A DNA stretch of 63,978 bases, filler included, from Sandaracinaceae bacterium (GTDB lineage Bacteria; Myxococcota_A; Polyangia; Polyangiales; JADJQN01): assembly GCA_947483975.1 (NCBI GenBank). It is 4 parts of 4 records of this genome, joined end to end, with 100 filler letters (N's around TTAATTAATTAA, not from the genome) between each part and the next. Parts side by side here need not be neighbours in the genome. Positions count along the whole stretch, not along the records: positions 1 to 18,706 come from CANKOL010000064.1; 3 more parts are not named here. One strand, written 5' to 3'. Position 1 is the stretch's first letter. Each line of letters begins with the position of its first letter. Below are positions 1 through 9,742 of the stretch, in pieces. The translations under genes were made by a program, and so were the position numbers. A model generated the notes under the pieces. That model saw only the letters and a program-made list of their open reading frames with translations. It was not told where the DNA came from and did not search any database.

Positions 1-208
1 CCGCGATGGTCGCCGCGCTGCAGCGCCTGCGCGTCTCGTCGCAGACGGGGGGCCCGGCGTCGGGGCGGGGCGGCGCGTCGAACGCCGCCGGCTTGTAGTC
101 GCACGTCAGGCTCGGCGAGCAGCTCACGGTCGCGTCGCCCGTGCAGGCGACGAACGACACCGCGAAGAGGACGGCGAGCGTGCGTCGTCGCGCGCGCCCG
201 CGGCGCAC
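1..208 (-). CDS. Putative Cys-containing lipoprotein, N-terminal part (runs off the window start)
   Basis: Manual translation from GTG at 208 gives VRRGRARRRTLAVLFAVSFVACTGDATVSCSPSLTC...: basic N-region, hydrophobic stretch and FVAC lipobox. Same strand as, and just downstream of, the TonB-dependent receptor. Confidence 0.55.
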   Translation of the reverse strand, partial: MRRGRARRRTLAVLFAVSFVACTGDATVSCSPSLTCDYKPAAFDAPPRPDAGPPVCDETRRRCSAATIA

Positions 209-242
209 GGATTGGCTTATATCCGCGGGAGTTGCGGGGTTC

Positions 243-2384
243 TCAGAACTCACTGCGCAGCCCCAGGTTCGGGAAGAAGACCGCCGGGAGATAGTCGGTG
301 CGGCACGACGTCGGACCCGACGGACACGTCACGCCCGTCGGCTCCGCCGCCATCGTCGTGTTGAACCACTCGAGCGAGAGCCGCATCCGCCCCCAGGACG
401 GATGCCACGCGTACGCGACCTGCGCGTCGAGTCGCACGAACCACGGCACGCGCTGCTCGTCGCGCACCAGCTGCGCGGTGTCGTCGATGCGGAACTCGCC
501 CGACATCTTCCCCGAGCGCGCGTGCAGGCGCGCCCCGATCGAGAAGCCGCGCCCGAGGTCCCATTGCCCGACGACGTTGAGCACGTGCCGCACATCCCAC
601 GACGGCGTGTAGGGCAGTCCCACCACGTCATCGACGTGCGACCAGCCGAGCGTGTACGAGAGAAAGCCCGACAGTCGATGTTCGGGGGAGCGCCGCGCAA
701 ACAGCTCTGCGCCGTACGAATAGCCACTGATCCGGTCGGGCACAGTCGAGCCTGCGGGGCAGTCGATGGCGCCGCAGATCATGTCGAGTGTGTCGCCGAG
801 CAAGAGCACATCGGTGAAGACGAGTCCGTCGTAGTGATGCAGATACGCCTGCAGCTCGAGGCGCACCTCGAGGGGAGTGTCCCAGCCGAAGCCGAGCTCC
901 GACTGAATCGCCGTCTGCAGCCCGCGCGAGGTCGCGACGTCCTCGATGCCCGGCAGCGGGATGTAAAACACGGCCGGCTGATGCGTCACGCCGAGCGCGG
1001 CGTTGAGCTGAAATTTCGGCGTGAAATGCAGGATCAGCCGCGCCCGCGGATCGATGACCGCCATCGCGCCGCCGTTCTGCACCCACGCGTCCGCGCGCGC
1101 GCCGAGGCGCAGCTCGACCAGCGTCGTCGGCTTCCAGTTGAGCTCGGCTTGCAGCCCCCAGAGCGTGCGCGCCGGCACATCGCCGACGAGCGACTGCCCC
1201 GCTTGTGAGCCCGTCGGTCCGTCGGTCGTCAGCGCGCTCGTGAACGAGCCCGCGACGCCGACCAAGTCGCCCGAGAGCCGCAGCTTCGCGCGCCCGCTCA
1301 GGCGATGTTCGAGCCACAGGCGCGGCCCGACGCGCGTCGACTCGAGCTGAAAGCCCTCGCCGAGCGCCGACTGCTCCCAGCCGAGCATCAGCGCCGCGCC
1401 GAACTCACCGCGGTCGAAGCGGTGCACATAGCGCAGCTCCGCGCGATGGAACTGAATGCGCATCCCCTGATCGGGCTGATCGGCGACGCCGAGCGAGTCG
1501 TACGAGCCGAACGACACGAGCTCGAAGTGATCTCGCCGATGCGTGTCGCTCGTGTAGCGCAGCTGATAGTCCCAGTACGCGAGCGAGACATCGGGGCTGA
1601 AGATCGAGAGGAGCAGCGCGGGATAGCCGTAGCGCGCCGCGGCCTCGACCGTGCCGCCGAGCGCGGGCGCCTGCACGTAGCCCGACACATCGAGCAAGCG
1701 AAGCTCGGCCTCGCCGTGCGTCTCGCCGTCCGGCGCGTCGGGCCCCTCGCCGACGATCACGCCGCCCGTCTGCCGCCCATAGCGCGCGGGCGCGACGCCC
1801 GAGTACAGCTCGATCGGCCCGACCATGCGCGGGTGAATCGCCGCTGGGCCGACCGCGAGGTGATAGAGCGTCGGCATCGGGATGTCGTCGTAGAGGTAGA
1901 GCGTCCCGGCGGGCGGCGAGCCGCGCACGTAGAAGTACGGCAGCCCCGAGAGCACCGGCACGACGCCCGGCAGCGCGTCGACGGCGCGAAATGGATCGCC
2001 AAACGCGCCCGGCAGATCGCGCGTCTCCGAGAGCTCGAGTCGATGCCGCCCGGGATCGTTCGCCGGCACCGCGCGCGCTCGCGCGCTGAACGTGTGCGCG
2101 CGGCGGTGCGCCTCGGGCGTCTCGCTCGCGTCGGCGTCCTCGGAGACGACCGCGGCGCCCGCATCAGCGGCGTCGTCGGCGCTGATCGCAGCGCCCACGT
2201 CGGGCGTGTCTTCGCTCAGCGCGGCGCCGGCGTCGTCGCTGAACGGCGCGCCCGCGTCAGGCTCCACGACCTGCGCTCGCGCGCTCGGGCAGAGGCTCAG
2301 CAGTCCTGTCAGCGTGAGGCCGAGGAGGGCAGCGCGGGTGAGCGCGGGGTGGAGCGCGAGCGAGTGACGGGGGGCTCTGATCAC
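243..2384 (-). CDS. TonB-dependent outer-membrane receptor (myxobacterial type)
   Basis: Signal peptide ending SARA|Q. Plug motifs LPGAFGDPFRAVDALPGV, YVRGSPP and YSGVAPARYGRQTGG. Amphipathic beta strands and a C-terminal Phe (LGLRSEF). Start uncertain: GTG 2384 chosen, the ORF is open to 2432. Confidence 0.8.
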   Translation of the reverse strand: MIRAPRHSLALHPALTRAALLGLTLTGLLSLCPSARAQVVEPDAGAPFSDDAGAALSEDTPDVGAAISADDAADAGAAVVSEDADASETPEAHRRAHTFSARARAVPANDPGRHRLELSETRDLPGAFGDPFRAVDALPGVVPVLSGLPYFYVRGSPPAGTLYLYDDIPMPTLYHLAVGPAAIHPRMVGPIELYSGVAPARYGRQTGGVIVGEGPDAPDGETHGEAELRLLDVSGYVQAPALGGTVEAAARYGYPALLLSIFSPDVSLAYWDYQLRYTSDTHRRDHFELVSFGSYDSLGVADQPDQGMRIQFHRAELRYVHRFDRGEFGAALMLGWEQSALGEGFQLESTRVGPRLWLEHRLSGRAKLRLSGDLVGVAGSFTSALTTDGPTGSQAGQSLVGDVPARTLWGLQAELNWKPTTLVELRLGARADAWVQNGGAMAVIDPRARLILHFTPKFQLNAALGVTHQPAVFYIPLPGIEDVATSRGLQTAIQSELGFGWDTPLEVRLELQAYLHHYDGLVFTDVLLLGDTLDMICGAIDCPAGSTVPDRISGYSYGAELFARRSPEHRLSGFLSYTLGWSHVDDVVGLPYTPSWDVRHVLNVVGQWDLGRGFSIGARLHARSGKMSGEFRIDDTAQLVRDEQRVPWFVRLDAQVAYAWHPSWGRMRLSLEWFNTTMAAEPTGVTCPSGPTSCRTDYLPAVFFPNLGLRSEF

Positions 2385-2530
2385 AGCGGCATTGCCAGGG
2401 CTTCGCGTGAGCCTCGCGCTCGCGCTTGTCAACGTCGTTTTGGCCTATCTGCAAGGGCGGCCCATGCCTTGCATCTTCCTCTCGCGCTGTCGCTCGCGGT
2501 GTCTATACTGGCCGCAGGAGAATCTGCCGG

Positions 2531-4030
2531 ATGGAGATCAAGCAGCAGCTCCGCATGTCTCAGCAGCTGGTGATGACGCCGCAGCTGCAGCAGGCGATCA
2601 AGCTGCTTCAAATGTCGCGGATGGAGCTCGTCGACCTCGTTCACGAGGAGATGCTCGAGAATCCCGTCCTCGAAGACATCGCCGAGCTCGGCGTTCCGCT
2701 CGAGACCCCGTCGAGCAGCTCCGCCTCGGTCGACAACGAGTCGCGCGGCGAGCACGAGATGCGCGCGCTCGAGGCGGCGGCGCCCGGCGACGTACCGACG
2801 CAGAGCGACGTCTCGAAGGAAGCCGAGAAGAAGACCGACGAGATCGACTGGGAGCGCTACCTCGAGAACCACGCGCTGCAGGCTCCCCTGCCGAGCTATC
2901 GAGGCGGCGACGAGGAGATGCCCGGCGTCGAGGCGACGCTCTCGCGCACCGAGGATCTCCCCGATCACCTCACCTGGCAGGCGCGCCTGACGGAGTTCGT
3001 CGAGGACGAGCAGCGCTTCGCGCAGTTGGTCATCGGCAACCTCACGGACGACGGCTACCTGAAGCTCGAGGACGTCCCGCCCGAGGAGGTCGTGCCGCGC
3101 CTCGCCGCGGAAGCCGGGCTCGATCCAGAGGACGCCGAGGAGGTCCTCGCGATGATCCAGCGCTTCGATCCCGTCGGCGTCGCGAGCCGCGATCTGCGCG
3201 AGTGTCTGCTCGTGCAGGCGCGCACCTTCGGGCTCGATCAGCTCGTGCTCGACGTGCTCGACAAGCACCTCGGCAACCTCGAGAAGAAGAACTACGCCGC
3301 GATCGCCAAGGACCTGAAGTGCGCCGTCGAGGAGGTCTACGACGTCGCGCAGGTGATCGCCGAACTCGAGCCGCGCCCGGGGCGCAACTTCATCACCGAA
3401 GAGCCGCAGTACATCACGCCGGACGTCTACGTTCACAAGGTCGGCGAGAAGTACTTCGTGCAGGCGAACGACGACGGAATGCCGAAGCTGAAGATCAGCG
3501 GCTTCTATCGCGCGGCGATGGCGGGCGACCCCAAAGCGAAGGAATACATCCAGGGCAAGCTGCGCTCTGCGCAGTGGCTGATCCGCAGCATCGACCAGCG
3601 CAGGAAGACGATCGTCAAGGTCACCGAGTGCATCGTCGACAAGCAGATGGAGTTCTTCGAGCTCGGCATCGAGTACCTGAAGCCGATGATCCTGCGCGAC
3701 GTCGCGGAGACCGTCGGGATGCACGAGAGCACGATCTCGCGCGTGACGAGCAACAAGTACGTGCACACGCCGCGCGGCATCTTCGAGCTCAAGTACTTCT
3801 TCAACAGTGCGATCCGTCGCGATGATGGTCAGGACGACATCGCCTCGGAGAGCGTGAAGCAGGCCATCAAGAAGATCATCACCGAGGAGGACCACAAGAA
3901 TCCGCACAGCGACCAGAAGATTGTCGAGATCCTCGCCTCGGATGGGATCATGATCGCCAGACGCACCGTCGCGAAGTACCGCGAGATGCTCGGGATCCTG
4001 AGCTCGTCGAAGAGGAAAAAGTACTTCTGA
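2531..4030 (+). CDS. rpoN: RNA polymerase sigma-54 factor
   Basis: MEIKQQLRMSQQLVMTPQLQQAIKLLQ region I, HTH MHESTISRVT, RpoN box ARRTVAKYRE. AGGAG upstream of ATG 2531. Confidence 0.98.
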   Translation: MEIKQQLRMSQQLVMTPQLQQAIKLLQMSRMELVDLVHEEMLENPVLEDIAELGVPLETPSSSSASVDNESRGEHEMRALEAAAPGDVPTQSDVSKEAEKKTDEIDWERYLENHALQAPLPSYRGGDEEMPGVEATLSRTEDLPDHLTWQARLTEFVEDEQRFAQLVIGNLTDDGYLKLEDVPPEEVVPRLAAEAGLDPEDAEEVLAMIQRFDPVGVASRDLRECLLVQARTFGLDQLVLDVLDKHLGNLEKKNYAAIAKDLKCAVEEVYDVAQVIAELEPRPGRNFITEEPQYITPDVYVHKVGEKYFVQANDDGMPKLKISGFYRAAMAGDPKAKEYIQGKLRSAQWLIRSIDQRRKTIVKVTECIVDKQMEFFELGIEYLKPMILRDVAETVGMHESTISRVTSNKYVHTPRGIFELKYFFNSAIRRDDGQDDIASESVKQAIKKIITEEDHKNPHSDQKIVEILASDGIMIARRTVAKYREMLGILSSSKRKKYF

Positions 4031-4041
4031 GGAGGCCATCC

Positions 4042-4374
4042 ATGCGCATCGCGTTTACGTTTCGGAACCTCGAGTCCTCGGACGCAGTCAAGCAGTACGC
4101 CACGGACAAGATCGCCAAGTTTCAGAAGTATCTGCACGCTCCGCTCGAAGCCGACGTCGTCGCCTCTCTCGAGCGTCATCTCCAGTGTGTCGACGTCACG
4201 ATCGTGTCGGGCCCGAGCCGCTACGAGGCGCGTGAAGAGTCGGCGGATATGTACGCGTCGATCGACCTCGTGATGGACAAGCTCGACGCTCAGCTCAAGC
4301 GTGAGAAGGGCGCGCAGACGGACCGCAAGCGCGGCGCCGGCGGCATCGCGGCCCTCAACGGCAAGAACAAGTAG
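4042..4374 (+). CDS. hpf: Ribosome hibernation promoting factor (HPF/RaiA, short form)
   Basis: MRIAFTFRNLESSDAVKQY...DMYASIDLVMDKL, in the canonical position after rpoN, with a GGAGG RBS. Confidence 0.93.
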   Translation: MRIAFTFRNLESSDAVKQYATDKIAKFQKYLHAPLEADVVASLERHLQCVDVTIVSGPSRYEAREESADMYASIDLVMDKLDAQLKREKGAQTDRKRGAGGIAALNGKNK

Positions 4375-4440
4375 CCAGCGGAGGAGGGCGGCCGGGTGGG
4401 CGGCCGCCAGCTTCCTGCGCTGAGTCGGTGGTGGGCGCGG

Positions 4441-5697
4441 CTAGACGACGCCCGCGCGCGCGAGCATCGCGTGCAGGAGCACGTTGCAGCCTGCGCTGAT
4501 GTGCTCGGGCTTCGCGTACTCGATCTCGTTGTGGCTGATGCCGTCCTTGCACGGGATGAAGACCATCCCGGAGGGCGCGAGCTTCGCCATGTAGACGGCG
4601 TCGTGGCCGGCGCCGGAGACCGTCGGCATATGCGAGTAGCCGAGCGCCTCGGCGGCGTGCGCGACCGCGTCGACGCACTCGGCGTGGAAGGGCTGCGCGG
4701 GGTAGCTCGAGACGAGCTCGATCTGGATCGGGAGCCCGGACTCCTCGCTCAGCTTCGCGGCGGTCGCGCGGATCTCCGCTGCCATCGCGTCGACGAGCGC
4801 GTCCGTGCTGTTCCGCAGGTCGATCGAGAACTTCACGCGCCCGGGGATGACGTTTCGGCTGTTGGGATGGACGTGCACCATGCCGACGGTCCCGCGCCCG
4901 TGCGGCGGGTGCCGGAGCGCGATGGCGACGACCTCCTGCATCAGCTTCGCGGAGATCTGCATCGCGTCCTTGCGGAGCGCCATCGGCGTCGGGCCCGCGT
5001 GCGCCTCCATGCCCGTGACCGTGCAGTCGAACCAGCGAATCCCGAGCACGCCGGTGACGACGCCGATGGTGACGTCGTGATCCTCGAGCACCGGACCCTG
5101 CTCGATGTGCGCCTCGAAGTACGCGCCGATCGGGTGGTCCCCGGGCTCCTGCGGCCCGACGTAGCCGATGCGCGCGAGCTCCTCGCCGACGGTCTTGCCG
5201 GCGACGTCCTTCGCGGCGTACGCGGTCTCGAGCGTGAAGGCCTTGGCGAACACGCCTGAGCCCATCATCACGGGCACGAAGCGCGAGCCCTCTTCGTTCG
5301 TCCAGAACGCGACCTCGACCGGCGCCTGCGTCTCGATCTGGTGATCGTTGAGCGTGCGGATGACCTCGAGCCCCGCGAGCACGCCGTAGTTGCCGTCGAA
5401 CTTGCCGCCCGTCGGCTGCGTGTCGATGTGGCTGCCGGTGACGATCGGCGGCAGCGAATTGTCGCGCCCCGCGCGTCGCATGAAGCCGTTGCCGATCTTG
5501 TCGATCGTGATCGTGAGCCCCGCGTCGCGCGCCCAGCCGAGCACGAGATCGCGCCCCTGCTTGTCGAGGTCGGTGAGCGTGAGGCGGCAGACGCCGCCCT
5601 TGTCCGTCGCGCCGATCGCGGCGAGCTCCATCAGCGAGGCCCAGAGGCGCTCTCCGTTCACTCGCACGTCTTGGAAGCCGTTCGCTTTGCTCGTCAT
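4441..5697 (-). CDS. M20-family Zn-dependent amidohydrolase (beta-ureidopropionase / N-carbamoyl-L-amino-acid or allantoate amidohydrolase)
   Basis: GSHIDTQPTGGKFDG, WTNEEGSRF, EAHIEQGP, SGAGHDA and GISHNEIE motifs. GAAGGAG RBS before ATG 5697. Confidence 0.9.
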   Translation of the reverse strand: MTSKANGFQDVRVNGERLWASLMELAAIGATDKGGVCRLTLTDLDKQGRDLVLGWARDAGLTITIDKIGNGFMRRAGRDNSLPPIVTGSHIDTQPTGGKFDGNYGVLAGLEVIRTLNDHQIETQAPVEVAFWTNEEGSRFVPVMMGSGVFAKAFTLETAYAAKDVAGKTVGEELARIGYVGPQEPGDHPIGAYFEAHIEQGPVLEDHDVTIGVVTGVLGIRWFDCTVTGMEAHAGPTPMALRKDAMQISAKLMQEVVAIALRHPPHGRGTVGMVHVHPNSRNVIPGRVKFSIDLRNSTDALVDAMAAEIRATAAKLSEESGLPIQIELVSSYPAQPFHAECVDAVAHAAEALGYSHMPTVSGAGHDAVYMAKLAPSGMVFIPCKDGISHNEIEYAKPEHISAGCNVLLHAMLARAGVV

Positions 5698-5801
5698 CGC
5701 GTCTCCTTCGGGGTGGCGAGCGCGAGCGTAGCCGGAACGTGCTGCTGGGTGAACGACCATCGAGCGCCGCGCCGCGCCCGCCGCGCGCGGTCAGGCGTCG
5801 C

Positions 5802-8800
5802 TCACGCGCGCGGAGCGAGGCGCGCCTGCACGGCGTGCCAGAGGACCTCGTGCGTCAGCGGCGACGGCAGCGTCACGCAGCCGCCCGGCGCGCCAAACGC
5901 CGCGACCGCGTCGCGGAGCGCCTCACGCACGGCGATCGCGAGCATCAGCGGGGGCTCGCCCACTGCCTTGCTGCCGTGCACGACGCTCGCCTGCGTCGCG
6001 TGCGGGAAGAGCTTCACGTCGAAGCGCGCGGGCGCGTCGCCGAAGGTCGGGATCTGGTAGGTGCTCGCCGAGTGCGAGAGCAGGCGCCCGTCGGTGCCCC
6101 AGAGCAGCTCTTCGCCCGTGAGCCAGCCGACGCCCTGCACGAACGCGCCCTCGATCTGCCCGCGATCGATGTTGGCGTGGAGCGAGTCGCCCACGTCCTG
6201 CAGGAGGTCCACGGCGATGACGCGCTTGACGCCGGTGAGCCCATCGACCTCGACCTCCGCGAGCGCGGCGCCGAGCGAGAAGTAGTGGAACGGCTTCCCG
6301 CGCCCCTTCGCCGCGTCGTAGTGCACCTCGGGCGTGCGGTAATACCCGGTCGCCGAGAGCTGCACCTGCGCGAAGTGCGCGTCGCTGACGACCGCCTCGA
6401 AGGACACCGCGAGCGCGGGCAGCGCGCGCGGCGCGACGACGCCCGACGCGAAGACGAGCGAGGCCTCGTCCGGCGCGGCGACGCCATGCACCCGCGCGAT
6501 GGTCCTCGCGGCGATGGGCAGCAGGCGCGCGCGCAGCTCCTCGCAGGCGTTGCGCACCGCCGCACCGTTGAGATCGGCGCCCGTCGAGGCGGCCGTCGGC
6601 GAGGTGTTCGGGACCTTGTCCGTCGCGGTCGTCATCACGCGCACGGCGTCCCGCAGCACGCCGAGCTCGCGCATCGCGACGCCGAGCATCTTCGTGTGCA
6701 GCCCTTGGCCCATCTCCGTGCCGCCGTGGTTCACCTGCACGGTGCCGTCGCGGTAGATGAGCACGAGCGCGCCCGCCTGATTGAGGAAGCTCGCGGTGAA
6801 CGAGATGCCGAATTTGATCGGCGTGAGCGCGAGGCCGCGCTTCACCCAAGGGCTCGCGGCGTTCCACTCGGCGAGCGCTGCGCGGCGCTCGTCGAGCCTC
6901 GCGTCGGCGCGGATCGTGCGCCAAAGCCGCTCGATGCGGTCGTCCTCGAGCGCCTGCCCGTAGTGCGTCGTGCGCGACTCGCCCGTGCCGCGATAGAGGT
7001 TCTTCTCGCGCACATCCTCGGGGCGCAGCGACAGCGTGCGCGCGACGTGATCGAGCACGTCCTCGATGACGAGCATCCCCTGCGGGCCGCCGAAGCCGCG
7101 GAACGCAGTGTTCGACGCGACGTTCGTCTTGGCGATGCGCCCCGTGACCTCGAGCGCCGGCACGTAGTACGCGTTGTCGACGTGAAAGAGCGCGCGGTCG
7201 AGGATCGACTGCGAGAGGTCGAGCGCCCAGCCGCCGTTCGAGACGAGCCCGGCGCGCAGCGCGAGCAAGTGCCCGTCGTCGTCGAAGCCCGCCTCCCACT
7301 CCGCTTGGAACGGATGCCTCTTGCCGGTGAGCGCCATGTCGACATCGCGGTCGAGCATCACGCGCACGGGGCGCTTCGTCTTCCACGCGGCGAGCGCGAC
7401 GAGCGCAGCCCACGTATTGCCTTGCGTCTCTTTGCCGCCGAAGCCGCCGCCCATGCGCGGCGCGCTCACGACGACCTTGTTGCGCGGCAGATGCAGCACG
7501 TGCGCGACGACCGCCTGAATCTCCGCTGGATGCTGTGTCGAGGACACGACGCGTAGGTCGCCGTCGTCGCCACGCTCAGCGTAGGCCGCGTGCGTCTCGA
7601 GGTAGAAGTGCTCTTGCCCGCCGATGATCGACCGCCCGGAGAGACGTCGCGGCGCGCTCGCGAGCGCGGCGTCGAGGTCGCCGCGTCGGATCGTGTGCGG
7701 CGGAGAGTGAAACGACTCAGCGGCGATGGCGTCGTCGATCGTCAGCAACGTCGGCAGCGCCTCCACCTCGACGATGACGGCGCGGGCGGCGGCGCGACAC
7801 GACTCGACGTCGTCGCCGACGACGACCGCGACCATGTGTCCGTGGAACTTCACCTCGCCGTTGGCGAGCAGCGACTCGTCCTCACGGAGCGCGCCGACGT
7901 CGTTCTTGCCCGGGATGTCCGCGGCGGTGAGCACCGCGACGACGCCCGGCATCGCGCGCGCGGCGGTCGTGTCCACGCGGAGCAGTCGCCCGTGCGCGAC
8001 GCTCGCAGAGACGGGCCAGAGCGTCAGCGCGTTCGCGGGTAGCTTGGCGTCGTCGACGAACTGCGCTGCGCCCGTGACGTGCCCGAGGGCGCTGTCGTGC
8101 GCGAGCGTGCGCGAGGCGCCGGTCGGCGCGCTGCCCGCGTCGAAGGCGCCGGGCGTCGCGTAGTCGATCGGCTCGTCGTGCGCGCTGCTCGTGACGCCGA
8201 GCGCGAACTTCTCGAAGAGCGCGACGATCAGCCCGCGGCGATACTCCTTGCTGCCGCGCACGTCGTCGAGCGGCGTGAACTCTGCGGCGAGCACCTCGCG
8301 CACCGCGTCGAGCGCGTCTTTGCCCCAAGCGCGACCGAGCAGCGCGGCCTCCGTCTTGCGGGCGCGCGCCGGGGTCGCCGCGACGCCTCCGTAGGCGAGC
8401 CGCGCGTGACGCACGACGCCGCTCGCGTCCGTGCCGACGCAGAACGCCGACGCCACGATGCTGATGTCGAGCTCGCGGCGCTTGGACACCTTCGACGAGC
8501 GCACGAGCCGCGTGAGCCCGTCCGTGAACGCGCCGGGAAGCGGTAGCTCGATGGCGCGCACGACCTCGCCGGAGCGGAGCGCCGTCTTCCTGTACGCGAG
8601 GAAGAACTCGTCGAGCGGCAGCGTGCGCTCGCCCGCGCTGCTCGCGAGGACGAGGCGCGCGTCGAGCGAGAGCAGCACCGGCGCCATATCGCCGATCGGC
8701 GACGCTGTGACGAGGTTGCCCGCGAGCGTCGCGCGGTTGCGGATCTGCCGCGCGGCGAACACCGAGAGCATCGACGCGACCGACGGGAATTCCCCGTCGA

Positions 8801-9638
8801 GCGACTCCTCGAGCTCGGTCAGCGTGACGGCGCCGCCGACGACGAGCGCGTCGTCCGTGCGCGTGATCGTGCGCAGCTCGCGCACCCCCTCGGTCGAGAC
8901 GAGGAACGGGAAGCGGTCCCCGCGCTTGTTGAGCCAGACGCCGATCTCCGTCGCGCCCGCGATGAGCACCGCCTCCGGGTGCGCCGCGACGAGCGCGAGG
9001 AGCGCACCGAGCGAGTCAGGTCGAGCGAAGCGCTGCCCGTCGTGCGTCGCGTCGAAGGCGGCGAGCGGTTCCGCCGCGCGAGCGAGCGTCGCGAGGTGCG
9101 GGTCCTGCCCGGAGGGCGTCCAGGGGCGCTCGCGGTGCTCGTGCACGTCCGCCATCGCGTCGCGGATCGGGCGGTAGCCGGTGCAGCGGCAGAGGTTGCC
9201 GCAGAGCTGATCGGAGGTCGCCGCGGGCGAGCCGCACCGCTTGCGGTAGAAGCCCTCGAACATCGAGACGGCGACGCCCGGCGTGCAGAAGCCGCACTGC
9301 GAGCCGTGGTGTCGGACCATCGCGTCCTGCACCGGGTGAAGGTGCGTCTCCTCGTGCGCGCCGTGCGCCGCGAGCCCCTCGACGGTCAGCAGCTCGCGCC
9401 CCGCCATCATCGTCGCGAGCGTGATGCACGAGTTGATCGCGCGAAACACGCGCTCACCCGTGCGCGGGTCGACGTCGATGAGCGCGACCGTGCACGCGCC
9501 GCAGTCGCCCTCGTTGCAGCCCATCTTGGTGCCGGTCAGGCCCGTGTCGCGCAGCCAGTCGAGCAGCGTCGCCGTTGTGCTCACGCCGTCGAGCGAGCGT
9601 CGTTCACCGTTCACGAGCACCGACAGCGCCGAGGTCAT
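5802..9638 (-). CDS. xdhB: Xanthine dehydrogenase as a single-chain fusion of the 2x[2Fe-2S]/FAD (XdhA) and molybdopterin (XdhB) parts
   Basis: GCNEGDCGAC, QCGFCTPG and NLCRCTGY Fe-S motifs, FAD motif QIRNRATLAGN, Mo-site GGGFGGKE, AFRGFGGPQG and SKAVGEPP, all in one frame from ATG 9638. Confidence 0.95.
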   Translation of the reverse strand: MTSALSVLVNGERRSLDGVSTTATLLDWLRDTGLTGTKMGCNEGDCGACTVALIDVDPRTGERVFRAINSCITLATMMAGRELLTVEGLAAHGAHEETHLHPVQDAMVRHHGSQCGFCTPGVAVSMFEGFYRKRCGSPAATSDQLCGNLCRCTGYRPIRDAMADVHEHRERPWTPSGQDPHLATLARAAEPLAAFDATHDGQRFARPDSLGALLALVAAHPEAVLIAGATEIGVWLNKRGDRFPFLVSTEGVRELRTITRTDDALVVGGAVTLTELEESLDGEFPSVASMLSVFAARQIRNRATLAGNLVTASPIGDMAPVLLSLDARLVLASSAGERTLPLDEFFLAYRKTALRSGEVVRAIELPLPGAFTDGLTRLVRSSKVSKRRELDISIVASAFCVGTDASGVVRHARLAYGGVAATPARARKTEAALLGRAWGKDALDAVREVLAAEFTPLDDVRGSKEYRRGLIVALFEKFALGVTSSAHDEPIDYATPGAFDAGSAPTGASRTLAHDSALGHVTGAAQFVDDAKLPANALTLWPVSASVAHGRLLRVDTTAARAMPGVVAVLTAADIPGKNDVGALREDESLLANGEVKFHGHMVAVVVGDDVESCRAAARAVIVEVEALPTLLTIDDAIAAESFHSPPHTIRRGDLDAALASAPRRLSGRSIIGGQEHFYLETHAAYAERGDDGDLRVVSSTQHPAEIQAVVAHVLHLPRNKVVVSAPRMGGGFGGKETQGNTWAALVALAAWKTKRPVRVMLDRDVDMALTGKRHPFQAEWEAGFDDDGHLLALRAGLVSNGGWALDLSQSILDRALFHVDNAYYVPALEVTGRIAKTNVASNTAFRGFGGPQGMLVIEDVLDHVARTLSLRPEDVREKNLYRGTGESRTTHYGQALEDDRIERLWRTIRADARLDERRAALAEWNAASPWVKRGLALTPIKFGISFTASFLNQAGALVLIYRDGTVQVNHGGTEMGQGLHTKMLGVAMRELGVLRDAVRVMTTATDKVPNTSPTAASTGADLNGAAVRNACEELRARLLPIAARTIARVHGVAAPDEASLVFASGVVAPRALPALAVSFEAVVSDAHFAQVQLSATGYYRTPEVHYDAAKGRGKPFHYFSLGAALAEVEVDGLTGVKRVIAVDLLQDVGDSLHANIDRGQIEGAFVQGVGWLTGEELLWGTDGRLLSHSASTYQIPTFGDAPARFDVKLFPHATQASVVHGSKAVGEPPLMLAIAVREALRDAVAAFGAPGGCVTLPSPLTHEVLWHAVQARLAPRA

Positions 9639-9742
9639 GGCGCGACCATAGCAAAATGGACACCCGCAGGGGCGCGACGCAGTTCGCGGGCGACGACGCC
9701 CGCCGAGCGCCCGCAGGCGTCGAGGCGAGCCGCGTGCGGGCC

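Noticed and set aside
4377..4421. Hairpin between the convergent hpf and hydrolase genes as an intrinsic terminator
   Set aside because: Imperfect GC stem with no U-tract on either strand, which is not enough support.
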